NCBI GenBank assembly: GCA_030704615.1
Contig: CM060734.1
Location: 28,954,001-29,018,000 of the forward strand
Direction of reading: 5' to 3'
From: Takakia lepidozioides
Taxonomy: Eukaryota; Plantae; Bryophyta
Length of the DNA: 64,000 nt
Made by a program: the position numbers and the translations under genes. Below the pieces are notes generated by a model. That model was not told the origin of the DNA and searched no databases. It was given only the letters and a program-made list of their open reading frames with translations. This document shows positions 25,981 to 40,606 of the stretch, in pieces (positions within the stretch are counted from its first letter, which is position 1; every line of letters starts with the position of its first letter).

Positions 25981-26780
25981 AAGGAAGATAATAGAAATGA
26001 GGTAAGAACTTAATGCACACGTGGCAACCTCTGATAGGATGGGTACACCGGTTTTTGGCATGTCAAATCTCCCCCACCCTCTCTTGAGAGTGACATGGAA
26101 CAGAAGGAGTGTAAACTCCAGTCAGGGCTACACTAGGTTATACGACGGGGTGTGTAACTCCACTTGGGGTTACACTACAAGGTATATAACTCCACTCAGG
26201 GTTACGCAGAATGGAGTGTAACTCCACTCGGTGTAACTCACACTTGGTCTCGAAATTTGACTAAGTCCAAATTTGACCAAGTCCAAATTTGGTTAAGTAT
26301 AAAAATATGAGAGACCGGGGTTATAGAGGGTTACACCAATTGGGGTACCCGAATTACACTACAATACTTAGTGGCTTCATATTTTTATGAAAAATAATAG
26401 AAATGAGATAAGAACTTAATGCACACGTGCAACCTCTAACAGGATGGTTTGCCGGTTTTTGGCATGTCAAATCTTCCCCACCCTCTCTTGAGAGTGACAT
26501 CGATCTGAAGGAGTATAAACTCCACTCGGGGTTACGCTGGGTTACATTGTTACACTTGGGGTTACACTAGGGGGTGTGTAACTCCACTACGCTATCCACC
26601 ATAGCATAATGCACTCTTAGATTCTTAAGTATTTAATAGTGGAACTGAGGTAAGAGGGGCTGAGGAGGATTTGACAAGCCCAGCCGGAGGAGCCCAAGCT
26701 CCCGGAATCCGGTGAAAGTACCGTAGATAGCACTGAGTGCATTAAGTTCTTACCTCATTCCTAGTGTCTTTCATTAAGGA
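25981..26780. mobile_element. MITE-like element(s) with terminal inverted repeats, a duplicated left half and internal GTGTAAC/GTTACAC repeats
   Basis: ATAGAAATGAG.TAAGAACTTAATGCAC at ~25991 and ~26397; reverse complement GTGCATTAAGTTCTTACCTCATT at ~26737. Confidence 0.6.
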
Positions 26781-27559
26781 AGTTAATATGGCATGAGGTT
26801 ACCTAAAGACTTCCATGTTTACAAATTCCAGTGGACAACTATATGCACTATATGGAAGAGTAAGGTGAATTGATGATATTTACTTGATTAATCTTCTTCT
26901 TTTTGGCTATAGGATTTTTTTATTTTATTTTATTTTACCACAAAGGGTATAGTATTGCACTTTCCAATATTGTACTTTCAATATCAATTACATATTTTCC
27001 AACTTTTATTTTTAAAACATTTTTAAGAAAAATGGATGATTCACATGGGTGGAGATACTTGGTGAGGCCACGATTCATGTGGATCCCATGTTTCCTCATC
27101 TGAGATTCATCAGAGGTTAAGTATATGAACCTCTCTAATCATGATCTGTGAGCTTCTCCAATTAGTTAACTCGTGTGTGAGGCTGCATCATGACATGAAC
27201 TATAAACAAACTTCAAACTTAAAAAAATGGGAGCAGTGCAAAATCCAGCACCACTCACGTGTGTGTCGCCTACAAGCACGACCTATAGTATTCAAATTTT
27301 TCCAACAAAAATAGAACTTTCAAAATTGAACGGAAATCGCGGTTTTGAAGGCCTCTCATTTTAGATTAATAGCGTCTTCAATGCACACACGTGAGGCCTA
27401 TGGGCCCCGCCACGTCCAAACAAGGGGTCACCATGGCCGGGTCCACGCCCCAGGGTCTACCGCTACAGCCCTAGGGTCTGCCGCTACTTATCAGGGCAGA
27501 CCCAGAGAGGGTCTGCTGCCTTTATCTCGGACTTAGAAATTTTTTAGAGATTTTATGAG

Positions 27560-29225
27560 TTTTTTTATTTGAGGGGAAAAAAATTAAAACCCTTTGATGC
27601 CCGAAGGCTGCCATAAGGCTTAACACACGGCAAGGCATGACGGATATCTCGATGAACTATGACTGTGCTGCAGAAATACAGTAGGAAACGGACTACGAAC
27701 CGGCGACTGAAACCAGTTCCGAGAAAACAGAAATAACGTGGGCCTAGCCCAATGCGCCTAGCCTTGAAGAGGCTCTGATGGTACGTTGTGCGAAATAGAC
27801 AAGCAAGGAGGGCCATCCACTCCTTGAAGAAGATTTTCCCTGCATAGAACCGTTGTAGAGAGCAAAGAAAAATCTAACTGCAGAGGAGGAGAGGAGGAGA
27901 GATCTATCTGTAGAGAAGCTTGGTCCTTGTATTAGTCTTCACATGCTTCCAGTTGACATCCGATTTGTCGAACTCAGGGGAAGCGGAAGAGGAGGGCTCT
28001 GTGGTGTTGCCATTGAGGGGGGATATCCCGAGGCCAGACACAATCTCCAGCTCCCGTGCATGTGCAGATGATGTCGTTTCTGCCCCAAGTGGCCTTGAAG
28101 GAACTGACGAGGGCATGCTGCCGATCTGGAAATTTGGCGATGCCTGCACGCACTTTTTCCCAAGCAAGTTTAGCTGCTATGGTAAGATCAAAAAATATCT
28201 TTGTGAGTATAGCAGTGGCAGTGGAGTTAACATTGTCCAAGGACCAGGAACATCTGGCTTTCCAGAGGTGCCAGAGGGTGTATCCTCTCAAGGCTTCATA
28301 GATCGGGCAATCAATGGCTATGGATTTTGTAGTCTTGTCATAGTTGAGGAGCAATACCACCTGGTTGGAGGGGAAAGCCTTCCATGATGCACTGTAGAAT
28401 GATTCAACAAATGGCCATATCAGACGGGGTGCTTGACAATGTATGAGGCAGTGTTCTAGTGTTTCAATGGTCCCTGATTGACAGCAGGAGCAGAGCAGGG
28501 CCTCAGGGAAATTCAGAAAGTGCCCGACCTTCAGCACCGTATTTGCTACCTGCCAGAGGAAGGCACTAATTTTTGCAGGCTTAGTTTTTTCCCATATCAG
28601 TTTCCAGATGTCCCCCCAATTTTCCTCATGGAAGTTTTCATGCTGCCATCTTGCATTCCATTTGCTCGGAAGGGATTTGGTGTTTGCAAGGGCCCTGTAT
28701 GCCCTCTTGGCTGAGTAGGAGAAGAATCCAAATTTGGTGTCACCAAATTTCCACCTCCACTCTCCAGGGTCTATCTGCAGGTCCTGAAGAGGCATGCCTC
28801 CAATCCAGGCAAAGGAGGCAGAGAGAAGCCACGAAAAAGGGGGTGTTCCCTCTGGGGCAGATGGGTTGAAATCTTTGGTAGGGGAGGACCACTGGCAGAT
28901 TCTTGCCGGCAAGGCATCCATGCAGCAGAGATTTTGGGTTGTGTGTCAGGAACCCGGAAAAAGTATCCACTTTGAATGCATAGCCGGTTAGTATGCCATG
29001 TTTCACCTTTGTAGTATACATTACTGAGTAGGGTTTGCCTGAAGTAACAACCCAGCAGTGAGGGGAATGCAGGGGTCGGCCGTTTCGGAGGATTAGTTTC
29101 CAGGAGTCTGGGATACTTCTAACAATGGAATCGATGCCGGATGTTAGCCTTCTTGTACCCAGGGCTGCTTGAATGGAGTTAGAGGAGCTTGCCCACAGGT
29201 GGGCAATCTGAGAGTATCCTGCTTC
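27560..29225 (-). mobile_element. LINE 3' segment (post-RT region, zf-RVT, 3' UTR)
   Basis: KPAKISAFLWQ..CSCCQSGTIETLEHCLIHC; T-rich tail near 27560. Confidence 0.88.
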
Positions 29226-29309
29226 CCTCCGACAAAAGAACAAAGTTCCACTACTCTCAAACCAGGCCATCAATTGAGAAATACCCTCTCAGCCTGTCCC
29301 TACCTCAAG

Positions 29310-32300
29310 ATGCAGGTTAGTATTCACTCGTGGAACATTAGGGGGATTGGCTCCAACCAGGCAAACTCCAAAAAAATCAAACTACGCACCTGGTTGGCAC
29401 CACTCCAGTGAACAGAGGGCATCGTGTTCATCCAAGAACACAAGCTCTGCCTGCGAAAAATCTGTAACCTCTCCGATCAACTCTGGCCAACATCTGCTGC
29501 CCTCTGGAAACCTTCCCATGCCGGTTCAAGGGGGGGTACCGCCATCCTCCTAGCACCCTCCCTAGTTCAATTCATCCTCCAGGAAGAAGTTTGGGAGCCA
29601 GGCCGGGTCCATTTCTGCTCTCTCAAACTTCCCAGCCAATCTGACCCTCTAGGTTTTGTTAACATATACGCTCCGAATTCTTACTTAGAATGCGCCGACC
29701 TCTGGGCCCTCATCAACCAAAAAATGTCCTCACAACCAAATGCCCACTCTTGGATTCTAACCGAAGATTTCAATATGGTGGAAAACAACCAAGATAGGCG
29801 GGGTTTGGCATCACCCCATCTTAACCCTGATGAGGAGGCCCCTTGGCTCTCTCTTCTCCAAACTCATAGCCTGTCAGAGATTGACTCAAACTCTAGCTAC
29901 CCAGGAAGGAATAACCCTTTCTTCACTTGGACAAACAACCGCACCCTCCAGGACCTCTGCATGGCCAGATTAGACAGAATATACATTTCAATCTCAATCT
30001 CTAATGGAGCAAGTCATCACCCGCAAGAACCCATAGCTCAAGGGTTCGATCATGCCATCGTTTCAGCCTCTCTCTCCATGCCCTATGAAAGTAGGAGAGA
30101 TAGAGGTATCTACAAGCTCAATACTTCACATCTCCTCATCCCCTCTTTCAAGTTAGGCCTGGAACTAGCATGGAAACAAACAGCCAACGATATAGCTTGC
30201 CCTGTTCTCAAATTTACCCTCAAACTTCAAGCTGCTAGTAAGGCGAGCCAGGACATAAGTAGAGACATATCTGCAGCCCAAAAGAAACGCATTCTGGCTC
30301 TCAAGAAATGCCTGGCAGTATGTCAGAAACAAATAGAAAACAACACCTGCGATGACCATACCTTCCATACTTACCTGGAAGCCCGTCAAAACCTCGACAA
30401 GTTCCAGCTCATGCAAGAGCAGAAAATGCGAATGTAAGCTGGCATCAACTGGTCGGCTAAAGGTGAGAAGATGTCTAAATACTTCTTCGAGAGGGTTCAC
30501 GAGCTATACTTGGACAACTAGGGCACTAAATCCTCTGACCCTAGGATTATGAGTGGGGCAGCATTCTCCCACTTTGCCAAGCTCTTCCAAGCAGATCCAA
30601 AGGAACCCCAGCATCGTGCTTATTTGGATGAAGTTCTCTCGCCGGTACCCCTCAAACTTCAGCCTCATCTTTCTCAAGATCTAGAAGCAGAGTTCACTCT
30701 TCTTGAGCTCGGGAAGGCCCTAGACAGAATGAATAACAAAAAAGCTCCGGGTATTGACGGCATGCCAATAGAGTTCTACAAGGCAATGTGGCCACACATT
30801 TCCCAAGACTTCTGTGCTATGGCCCATAGGATCAAATCTGAAGGGAGCATGCCCCCCTCCATGGCCCAAGGGTAATAACTCTCTTGTTCAAAAAGGGGGA
30901 CAAGGCTGACATCAACAACTATAGACCAATTACTCTCTTGAACATGGCCTATAAAATTATAGCCAAGGCTCTGGCTCTCCGTCTGCAACCTCTCCTTCCA
31001 ACTCTAATTAGAACGGGCCAGACAGGTTTCATAAAGGGGAGATACATCTTAGACAATGTACTGCTGGCTCATGAAGCCGCCTACTTTGCCACGGCGTTCG
31101 GACAGACCCTGGCGCTCTGGCTGTTGGACTTTGAAAAGGCCTTCGATAAAGTAGACTGGACCTTTCTTCTAGAGATTCTGGCTAGGGTCGGGCTGCCCCA
31201 AGCATTCCGTTGGGTCATGATCCTACTCCAACACTCAACCAGTAGGGTCATAGTTAACGGTCATCTCTCCAAGCCTTTTCAGCTTCACCGATCGGTAAGA
31301 CAAGGATGCCCACTTGCCCCATTTCTGTTCCTCTTCGTGGCCAACGGGCCCTGGGTTACCTATTTGATAGAAACTTAGCCATTCAAGGACTGCACATACG
31401 GAACCCCATGGCGCAAATTTCAATCCAAGTCAAGGACTCTATGTTTATTGACGACACCTTCTTGCTGTTGGATGCCACTCCATCTACACTTTAGGCAGCG
31501 GAAGAAACGATAGGGCAATTCTGCAAAGTATCCAGCTTTAGGGTGAATTGGTCTAAAACCAAAGCCCTTCTGGTGGGGGATACATCCAAATCCACCATAA
31601 GCTCAATCCCCACGTAGGGGAATGACACTGGCCTAGTATGGCTGAAGGAGAGAGAACCCACTACTCTCCTGGGCCACACTTTCGGAATCAACCTCACAAA
31701 CAAGCAGAGAATGGGCCCAACGTTGGCAGCTCTTAAAAGGCAGCTGGCTTACTGGGGCTCCCATTTTCTAACCATTACAGGCAAGGCTCTCATTGCAAAT
31801 CAGATCCTCCAGGCAGGGATATGGTATTTCGCAGCCATTTAGAGGCCTGGCTCTGAATTTCTGGAGGAGGTTAAGAGATGCATCAGAAACTTCATTTGGG
31901 GTGCCCAATCGACCACCTAGAATAAGAGGCCACAGGTCTCTTGGCAACAAATTTGTCTTCCTAAGAAAAAAGGACGCATGGGAGTGCTTGATCCAGCAAC
32001 TCAAATACAGGCACTCTTGGGGAAATGGTTACCAAGGTTCCTGGGGCCGGAGGGTGGCTAGTGGAAGCTACTGGTAGGGCAAGCCATCTCCCTCAACTCC
32101 CCACTACGACACACCCAATGGAGACCGTCTATGAGATGGATAACTCAAGGGTTTCGGCACAAATCCATAAGTTCACCCCTTTGGGTTTCAATCTAGTCAG
32201 CATGGAATAAATTTAGACCCTTCCTGGTCAAATCAGAACCTCCCTCTTTCTAGGAGACAATGAGGCAACACCCCTTTCTCAATGCAGCCACCTTATCTCC

Positions 32301-32340
32301 CTTAGAGCGCACTCAGGCCAAGAGGTGGGCAGAGTGGGAA
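29310..32340 (+). mobile_element. LINE ORF2 5' segment (APE endonuclease + RT), inverted relative to its 3' segment
   Basis: MQVSIHSWNIRG, FIQEHK, NIYAPN, DFN, RLDRIY, APGIDG, NYRPITLLN, DFEKAFD, RQGCPL, FIDD; stops and frameshifts. Confidence 0.92.
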
Positions 32341-33569
32341 ACCATCTGTAGTTGACAGGGGCTTTGGGTGCGGGGTTATGAAGCTGTATGAACAAGACCT
32401 GAGTGAAAGGGTTGATTGGGTGGTGGTTGTCGCGGGGAAGGGGCAAGAAACGAGCAGAGGATACTAAGTCTGTGTGGATATTTGTGGGGGCCTCAGAGAG
32501 AGCTGGAAGAAGAACTCAGAGAGGAGGATAAGGCTGAGGGAGGTTGGAGTTTCTGGAGGAAGGGACCCTACAGTCATTGACAAAGATAAATCATAGAGAT
32601 TGCCAGGGACCGTGATAGATGGCAAGACTTTGCTTGTAGAGCTGGCATCAGATTTAAGACAGAATTTTACACCTATCTGCTAGGTAGAGCAGGGAGAGAA
32701 GACTAAGAAGGGAATGGGGTGAAGGTAGATGCTTACATGAAGAGGGAATGACTGAGTGGGGAGGGGCGTGGGCGAGGGCAGTGGTAGCACATGCTGGACG
32801 AGGTGGCTTCTCAGCTGACGGGTGCTGCGATTCCGAGAGAGTGGATTTGATTGGCTCTCGGGGGAGTCACTCCCTATCACTTGTATAGGGCACCTGAGAT
32901 AAATGGGTATTTTGTAGGGGGGTATTACTTTACTTTGGGTATTTTTTAGTACCCTATAATTACATAATTTTGTAATATGCTGATTTTTTGGCATGCTATT
33001 TTAATTATAATTTTTTGTTTCAAACAAATATTAGGCACCCTATATTAATAATACAATAAAAGATTTTTTTTTTTACAAGACAAATGATTTTATTATTTGG
33101 TTGAAATAAATTCATTTAAAACATTCGCATCATCCGTATTCAAAGTATAAACGTTTTGCGCTCTATCGAAAGTCATAGTGACTGAACTAATAATTGAATC
33201 TACATCTACCCACTTGTTGTCGGTATGATCATTTGAATTTAAATTGTCCTCTAGATTTTGAGAAGTAGTTTAATAACACCATAACTGGTATGGTTGGTCT
33301 ATTTAGGAGATCAATAGGCTGTCGTGATATCCCCCACCTGCTCCCTGCCCTCCTTCTCATTTTTTGAATCCTACCTAGCCACTATTTTTTTGTAAGTATT
33401 AAGTTTTCCCCTAAGAGCATGTATATATTTTTGGATTTTTTCATAGATATTTATCTCAACCCTATATTAGTTTTAAGAAAAAATTAAAATCAGTCGTTAT
33501 TTTAGACCCTATATTAATTTAAATTCACCGATCACAATATAATGTACCCGCGAACCAAATGTCGGGAAA

Positions 33570-35303
33570 CATGTTACAGGGAGTCATCTCTTTGATTTAA
33601 AAAAAAGGAGACATGACATACTTGAGCAACTACAGGCCCATAACTCTCCTCAATGTTGCATATAATATTATAGCCAAAAGCCTGGCTCTACGTCTTCAGC
33701 CTCTCCTTCCTTCAATCATTAGACCTAGCCAATCGGGCTTTATTAAGGGGAGATACATCATGGATAACCTTCTTCTTGCACAAGAGCTTCCCCAGTACGC
33801 CCTTCAAACCCAGCAGGCTATTGCCCTAATCCTTCTAGACTTCGAGAAAGCGTTTGACAGAGTAGAATGGCCTTTCTTGATGGGCACCCTGGCCAAGATT
33901 GGTTTGCCTCCCTCCTTTTGTCAATGGGTGCGCATTTTGCTGAATGGGTCAACCAGCAGGGTAATCATCAACGGTTCAGTGTCAAAGCCATTCAACCTGT
34001 ATCAATCTGTCCGTCAAGGCTGCCCCTGGCTCCTTTCCTCTTCATTATTGCCGCCGACACGTTTGGATACATGCTACAAGCAGACAGACAGATTATGGGT
34101 CTTAGAATCACAAACTACATAACTAACCAGCCTGCCTACATCAGGGAATCCATGTATGTAGATGACACTTTCCTTATGCTTCAAGCAAGCCAAACCAACC
34201 TGGACAGAACTGCAGCAACTTTGGAGGCCTTCTGTGAAGCCTCTGGTTTCAAGGTCAACTGGAACAAAACTTGTGCCATCCTCGCTGGAGACACATCAAA
34301 ATCCCTTCTGGGACATGTGCCCTCTTGGGGCCAAGCCTTGGGCTCTCATGGCTGCAACCTAGCCAGACGACAACGTTGTTGGGGTTGGCTTGATATCACC
34401 GATGAGCAACGATTTGCACCCATTCTATCCAAGATCAAAATAAACCTCACTTTTTGGGGCTCTAAGTTCTTCTCAATCACAGGTCGGGCACTTGTGGCCA
34501 ACCAGATTCTCTCAGCTGGCCTATGGTTCTACGCAGCATCCCAGCGCCCTTCCAAAAGGCAAATCTGTGAATACAAAGCTTTATTGCGAAATTTTGTATG
34601 GGGAGCTAACAAAGCAGGCCAAAAGGTCAGGCCACAGGTCTCCTGGAGACAGATCTGCCAGCCAAAAAAACTGGGAGGCCTGGGGGTTCTGGACCCGGAG
34701 ATCCAAATCACAACACTCCTCGGGAAATGGCTGCCAAGATTCTTAGGCCCAGAAGGAGGCTGGTGGAAGTTTTTGGTGGTAGGAAATCTGATGATGGCAA
34801 GCCCCCTTAAGACCTCTAAATGGCACCCCTCCATTTGCTGGATCACACAGGGATTCAAGCACAAAATGGTGGGATCGTCCCTATGGAATGTCATCTGGAA
34901 AGCTTGGGCTGCACTGAGACCATTTCTCCGCAAAAAAAAACCAGAAACTTACGAGGAAACCCTCTGCCAGCACCTATTTTTGAACCAACGTGCCCACACC
35001 AACTGAAAAATCGTTGGCAAAAAAGTGGTCTGCCTAGGACAGCACGGGCATCAGTCAACTAAAAACACTTGTGGTCGCCTGCAGGCTTCCTGCATATTGA
35101 CACAATTAGCCCTATACTGGGGTCAATCAGAGCCAAAGCCGGGCTTCAGACGGTCATAAATTCTATACCTCAAACCTGGACCCTGTCTCTGCAGGCGGGA
35201 CCAATGACCCCCTCCACGAACTTCTGGACATTAGGAGTCATAAGCAACAGACTCACCATCCTACTGGTGATTTTTGCCACAGACACCCACTTCTCAGAGT
35301 TCG
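33570..35303 (+). mobile_element. 5'-truncated LINE, RT half; interrupted by the LTR element at 35304
   Basis: NYRPITLLN..DFEKAFD..RQGCP..YVDD..LGGLG. Confidence 0.9.
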
Positions 35304-36191
35304 TGTCGAACGGCTTTTACTCACCCATCCCTTCACTATCCGAGGTGGAAACTCCAAGATAGAAGAGTTGGATATCTCTAAGCACTCAGCCTGCTCAGTA
35401 CTATCAGTCATGACCTGCAGCTAGTGAATCATGGTTGTGCTTCCCATTTGTATTCCTTCTTGCCTTCATGTTATCAATTTACCTTATATGATACTGAAGC
35501 ATCAGATTGCTTCAGTATCTACTTAGTTCCAGTTAATCATGCATTCATTTACAACTTCACTCATGTCTCTCTACACAATGTGATTGTATCGAATAAGTAT
35601 CAGATTATGATTTATCAGGTATCAGGCCAATGCCATAGTGACTCTAATCTGCCCTACAGTATCACTACAGCTCTGCATGTAATAAGCATCTATTGTTCAT
35701 CTTTCCTCCTTCTCTGCGCTCTCCTTCTTGCTCTCCGCCCGATCTCCTCTTTTCATGACCAAGAAGCGCTCCCCGTGAAGTCTCCTTCTTTCCGTTGCCG
35801 CACTCCTTATCTGCCCGCAAGCTGTTCTAACCACCTAACTAACTAACCGTCATCCCTGAAGTAACACGTTCCCTCTGCAGATGTCGTTCCCTCACTATCG
35901 TTCCCTGTCAATGATAACTGTTCCCCATGTACTGTGACAGGCTGTGTCAAGCTGTGCCGAGCTGTGACTGGCTGTGTAAAGCTGTGCCGGGCTGTGACTG
36001 GTTGTGTCAGGTCGGGCTGTGCGAAGCTGTAGCGACTGTGACTGGCTGTGTAAAGCTGTGTCGAACTGTATAACCCCCCTAAAGCCTGCTACTGCCACCC
36101 CTAAAGCTCCTGTTGGTCTCAGTCTGCGCAAAAATTAAGGGTACCCCACAGATTTCGTAAAAGCGTCTAAGTCCCAAGCAGCCCTCTAATA
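35304..36191 (-). repeat. 3' LTR of the host gypsy; PPT (GAGAGGGGGAGGGG) immediately upstream at ~36195-36208
   Basis: Highly similar to 59606-60559; contains a short GCTGTG minisatellite. Confidence 0.93.
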
Positions 36192-36230
36192 TTTACCCCT
36201 CCCCCTCTCAAAAAGCCGTGTCCTCACGGT

Positions 36231-39200
36231 TTACTGTTTGGGATTAACAAACCTTTGTGAGCGAGCACCCTTCTGACGGTGAGAGTCTCGTGAAGGACTC
36301 TGTGTGCGAGCCCAAGTCCTGTCACTGGTTGACGGAGATGATTGAGCACTACCTGGAAATGTCTGACCCTCCTTTGGCTGATAACGAGGTAACCTCTCAG
36401 GCATAGGAGATCCCCGTCGTTTCTTCTCTGCCATCTGAAGTGCATAGTCCTCTGCCATGTCAAAAGAGTCCGCTGAAGAAACAGTAGTATCAGAATCCTC
36501 GTCTCCCCTTAGGTGTTTTAACGGCCAAACTTTAAGTGGAATCCTGTGTGGTATACAATGTGGTTCGACCATATCTGGAAGTTTAAATTGTACAACTTGT
36601 TGTAAGCGCTGGCAAGCAAAATTAGTGAACGTCCTCAACTCCTTATCTGTATAGGTAAGAGATGTGCCAATGACTTTGGAACAGTGTAAGTATTTCCATG
36701 CCTCATGTCCCTCAAAGAAAATATCCTCAGGGCCGAATTTCTGTGTTGTCAAATTGTTCCAAGCCGAATGAAACCATGAACGAAGTTGGGAATCCTTCTG
36801 CATCATAACTTTTGCATCATATAGGTACATATGAGGTGGCACTGAAGGTAAGACCCAATGATCCCCACTGGAATAACTCAGAAATCGGGATTGCATCCTC
36901 TGCTGCTCAATGTGATAACGTGCCAGAAAACAAGCAGCATAGTATAATCCACAGCCCATGACAATACTTGATACCTCCTTGGTCTTGGTATAAATGTACC
37001 CATGTACAACTTGGAAGGCAATTAATTCCTTCAACATGGTACCTGCTTCAGACCAGTACCTCACAAAGTGATGATCCTCAATGGGTCGATTGTTCGGAAG
37101 AACCTTAGTCCTAGTTGCCACTGGCAGCCAAATGTGCATGATCTGGTAGTAATGTGCCAACGACTGCGGAGGACTAAATTCCTTCCAAGCCAAATCCAAC
37201 ACAATGGGAATTTGGTTGAAGGGCACAATCATAGCCCGACTGTACTCCCGTGCAGTAGGAATCTTAGGTGGGTTAAAAACAGCATCCCCCCATACCTTAG
37301 GCTATGATGTGGCTGTAGTAACAACAGGGTCAGCTACCTGCACAGTCAATTGTTGTGGTATTGGTACCACTGGCCCTTCTACCACTGGCATCTCCTGCAC
37401 CCCTTGCGAAGAAGACTGAAAAATTAGAGTCCTGGCATGTAAATAAGTAGCCATCAGCTGCTCTTCAGGTACAAATACTCTCTTGTCAATATTTGAACTC
37501 AGGTCATCCATCTGAGTCTGCAGGCCTTCTACATCCTCCTGTAGCTCCGCTATTCTACTATAGACATTGTCTATAGTAGTTGTGGCAATGTTCTGCACCT
37601 GCAGTCTGAGCTCATTCATCTCGCCCTGGGTGAGCTTCCGTGGTGCTTTGCCTTCCACCGGCCCTTGTGCTAACCAGACCTGCATAAGGTGGTTATCCAC
37701 CAAGTCGTGTGTGGCACCCCTGAGAGTCTGCTCCTCCGCGAGTCTGTACACATCTAACTGCTGCTGTAAAGCCTCCATGCGCTTTGCATGAGGTTCAACC
37801 AGACTCGCATAGGCAGCAGCCAGATTATTGGCTTCCTTCCAAGCCTTGTTAGCCACAGAGAGTTCATTTCTATTGACCATGACTGTTTGTTGCAACTCCA
37901 GGATGTACCTCTCCTGGTCAGCCTCAACCTGTCTATATTGTTTGAAAGTATTCTCATTGCGACAGATTGTATTCTTCATATCAACAATGAGTTTCGTTTG
38001 CTCTATTATCTTTGCTTCTGCCTTCATACATCTCTCCCCTTGTCTGTTAACTTCTAATGCAGTTTGCTCAAGAGTAGTTGTGAGTGTAGCACATTGTATG
38101 GTCATCTTCTCATGTACTATCTGCAACTCTGTATGTAGTACATTCACTTCTTGCAACTTGCCCTCATGCTTCACCTGCATTTGGTATAACTGTTGCTTAT
38201 GTGCTTCATGCAACTGGTCCTGCTTGAGGCCTGCTTCAATCAAATGTCCCTTGGCCAACTGCAAAGCAGCCTTTGTGTCCTCCAACTCTTGCTGTAACTT
38301 GAGATTGACCTCCTCATCTACCTTATTAGCACACTCAGTGGCAATTCGAGCCTCAAACTGAGTTCCTCCCTCAAAGCTGCCAATTGGGTAGATGGAACAT
38401 GGGATTTCACATAAGTGCCCAACAAATTAAGTGTTCTGCTTATGGAACTCTTAAGCATGGCCTGCTGAGGGTCATCATGGTGAACTTGTTGCTATTCTCC
38501 CTGATCCTCCACAGTGTGATGCCTCACCAACCATTCAGGCCATTGCCCCACCAGATTCTCTTCCTGAACCACCTCATCCTCCACAGGTGCTGCAGTGTCT
38601 TGATATTCTACCCCTGGTACCTCCATCACAGGTGTGGGTATTACATGCATAGCAGGGTTTTCCCTGGACAACCGCTGCATCTCTAGAACCACTGATTCCC
38701 TTACCAAGCCAGAGTTTTCATAGAGAAGGTCACCCTTCTCAATTTCGGCCACGACCTGCTCTGTAGTAGGAATGTCCAACCTTTCTCCTTCCAGAGCAAT
38801 TGGGGGTGATGTCACAGCATGTACTAACTGTGGAACCTCCAAAACAACTGAGTCAATTGGTTGTGGTGGCTGTGGTATCGAATTGACTTCCTCTTCCCTC
38901 TCCGAAGGCCGTGCTTCCAATAATAACAGCCTTCGGTGCTGCTGTGCCCCATCCTGCACAAGAGCTTGGGAAACATCATCGTGCAGTTTCCGTGAAGCCA
39001 GTGGATCCGCCACTACAGTCATACCCCGCCTCTGTCTCTTAGACTGGTGTTGCCCTGCCAGTCCACCCTCAGTATGTGAAGAGCCATGTTCTTCAATTGC
39101 AGTGGTTTCTGCCTCAAACACTCCCATCTCCTTACATTCCCGAGTATCAAGTATGCAAGAATCGAGAATTATTTGGGCAATGACTGGACCAGACACAATG

Positions 39201-39770
39201 ATCGGAGACTTAGCAGCAGTGCCCTGTAACCTCTTCATCTTGTCCACCAGTCCATTGTACATTAACTCCGCCCAAGCGACATCCTCTCCCCTCAAAGCTT
39301 TCAGGATCTCCTCTGTGAATGACCTGCTCAAATACTGTTGGTTCTGTTTCATGGCAAACAGAACGTTCAATATTTGGCCAATTTCCCTAAGCCTTGGGTA
39401 CTCGGCTTTGGTACAAGCGTAACCTTGAGTTTTAAAGAAACTCCCTTCTTGGAACAAATTCCCTATCTGCAATCTTGCCCTGTGCTCATCCACATCCACA
39501 TGACCTGATGGCAAATCAAATTGCTGCAGGTACTGGGGAGTAATTTCTATATCTACTCCCCTCACCTGAGTAACTCCCGTCCGAGGCTCAAAGTTATGAA
39601 GAAATTGAATCATATACTGCCGATGATGCAAGGACCAGTCCTTGCGTAGCAGCCCCTCCAATCGCAACTCCCTTAGCAGCTGTACTGCTGCGGTGCTGCA
39701 ATTGTTTGCTTCTGCAGAATCGTGGTGCTCTTCACCTTGATATCCTCCATTCCCCTCACTCTCTTCATTC
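36231..39770 (-). pseudogene. Large additional sense ORF between pol and 3' LTR (env-like position), broken into three pieces
   Basis: ORFs 38492-39667, 37302-38285 (coiled-coil-like) and 36231-37232; the last two share a frame across a single TAG. N-terminal QFLHNF...VRGVDIEITP..FDLP resembles Athila-type extra ORFs. Confidence 0.7.
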
Positions 39771-40606
39771 TAGACAAACAAAAAGGCTTTGTTTGAAACA
39801 GCTGAAGAAAAGCTTGCAGGGCACAGAGCATGAAGGTATGGTTGGCACAGAATGGAACAGGTAAGTGCGTGTAAGCCTATGGGGCTTGCAAGTATCGAGT
39901 GAGAGAAAATGTACTCTCAATGCTTCCGTCCTTGCGCCACTGCGTGAGAAGTAAAGCGAGTGTGTAATCCGTTACATCTGCCATAGCTACAAAACTAGTG
40001 CTTTGATTGCCCCTTCCGTCGAGACCTTGGCTATTCAGAGCCACCCGACTCTTCCGCTCATAACACTTCATATTTCTTGTTCTTGTTTCTTGGAGGGAAC
40101 CACCTGCATGTAATTCGCACTCCTGATTGGCTGTGGACTGCTTAGGTAATTTCTTAATTCCACCCCCCTCCATGGACATTCCTGGCTGGAATGTCCAGTA
40201 GGATAGCACATGTGGCATAGGTTTCCATTTTCTATACTCGGAAAGGGTTCCGTTACCCTTACACTGAATGCATTAATGGGCCCACAATTAGTATTAGCTG
40301 CTGTACCGGGTAGGTATTTTGACGGCCCGATTTGTCCGTTTGCATGATGAAACCTTTTTTTGCAATTGATGCAGTGCGGTGTGCCACGCCTTAGTGGCCA
40401 CGTGTCCGTTTCTAAACATGCCCCCGACTTCCCCTCTCCGCGTGGCATATTCTCCAAGTTTGACTTCCAAACTTCCTCTTCACTCGATGGCCACTTTTCT
40501 AACGTTAATTCGCGTCCACCTGTCACTGACCCTATGGACTGTGTAATCTGTATGGGCTGTGTTGGGCTGTGACAGGCTGTGTGGCACTGTGGTGGGCTGT
40601 GATAGG

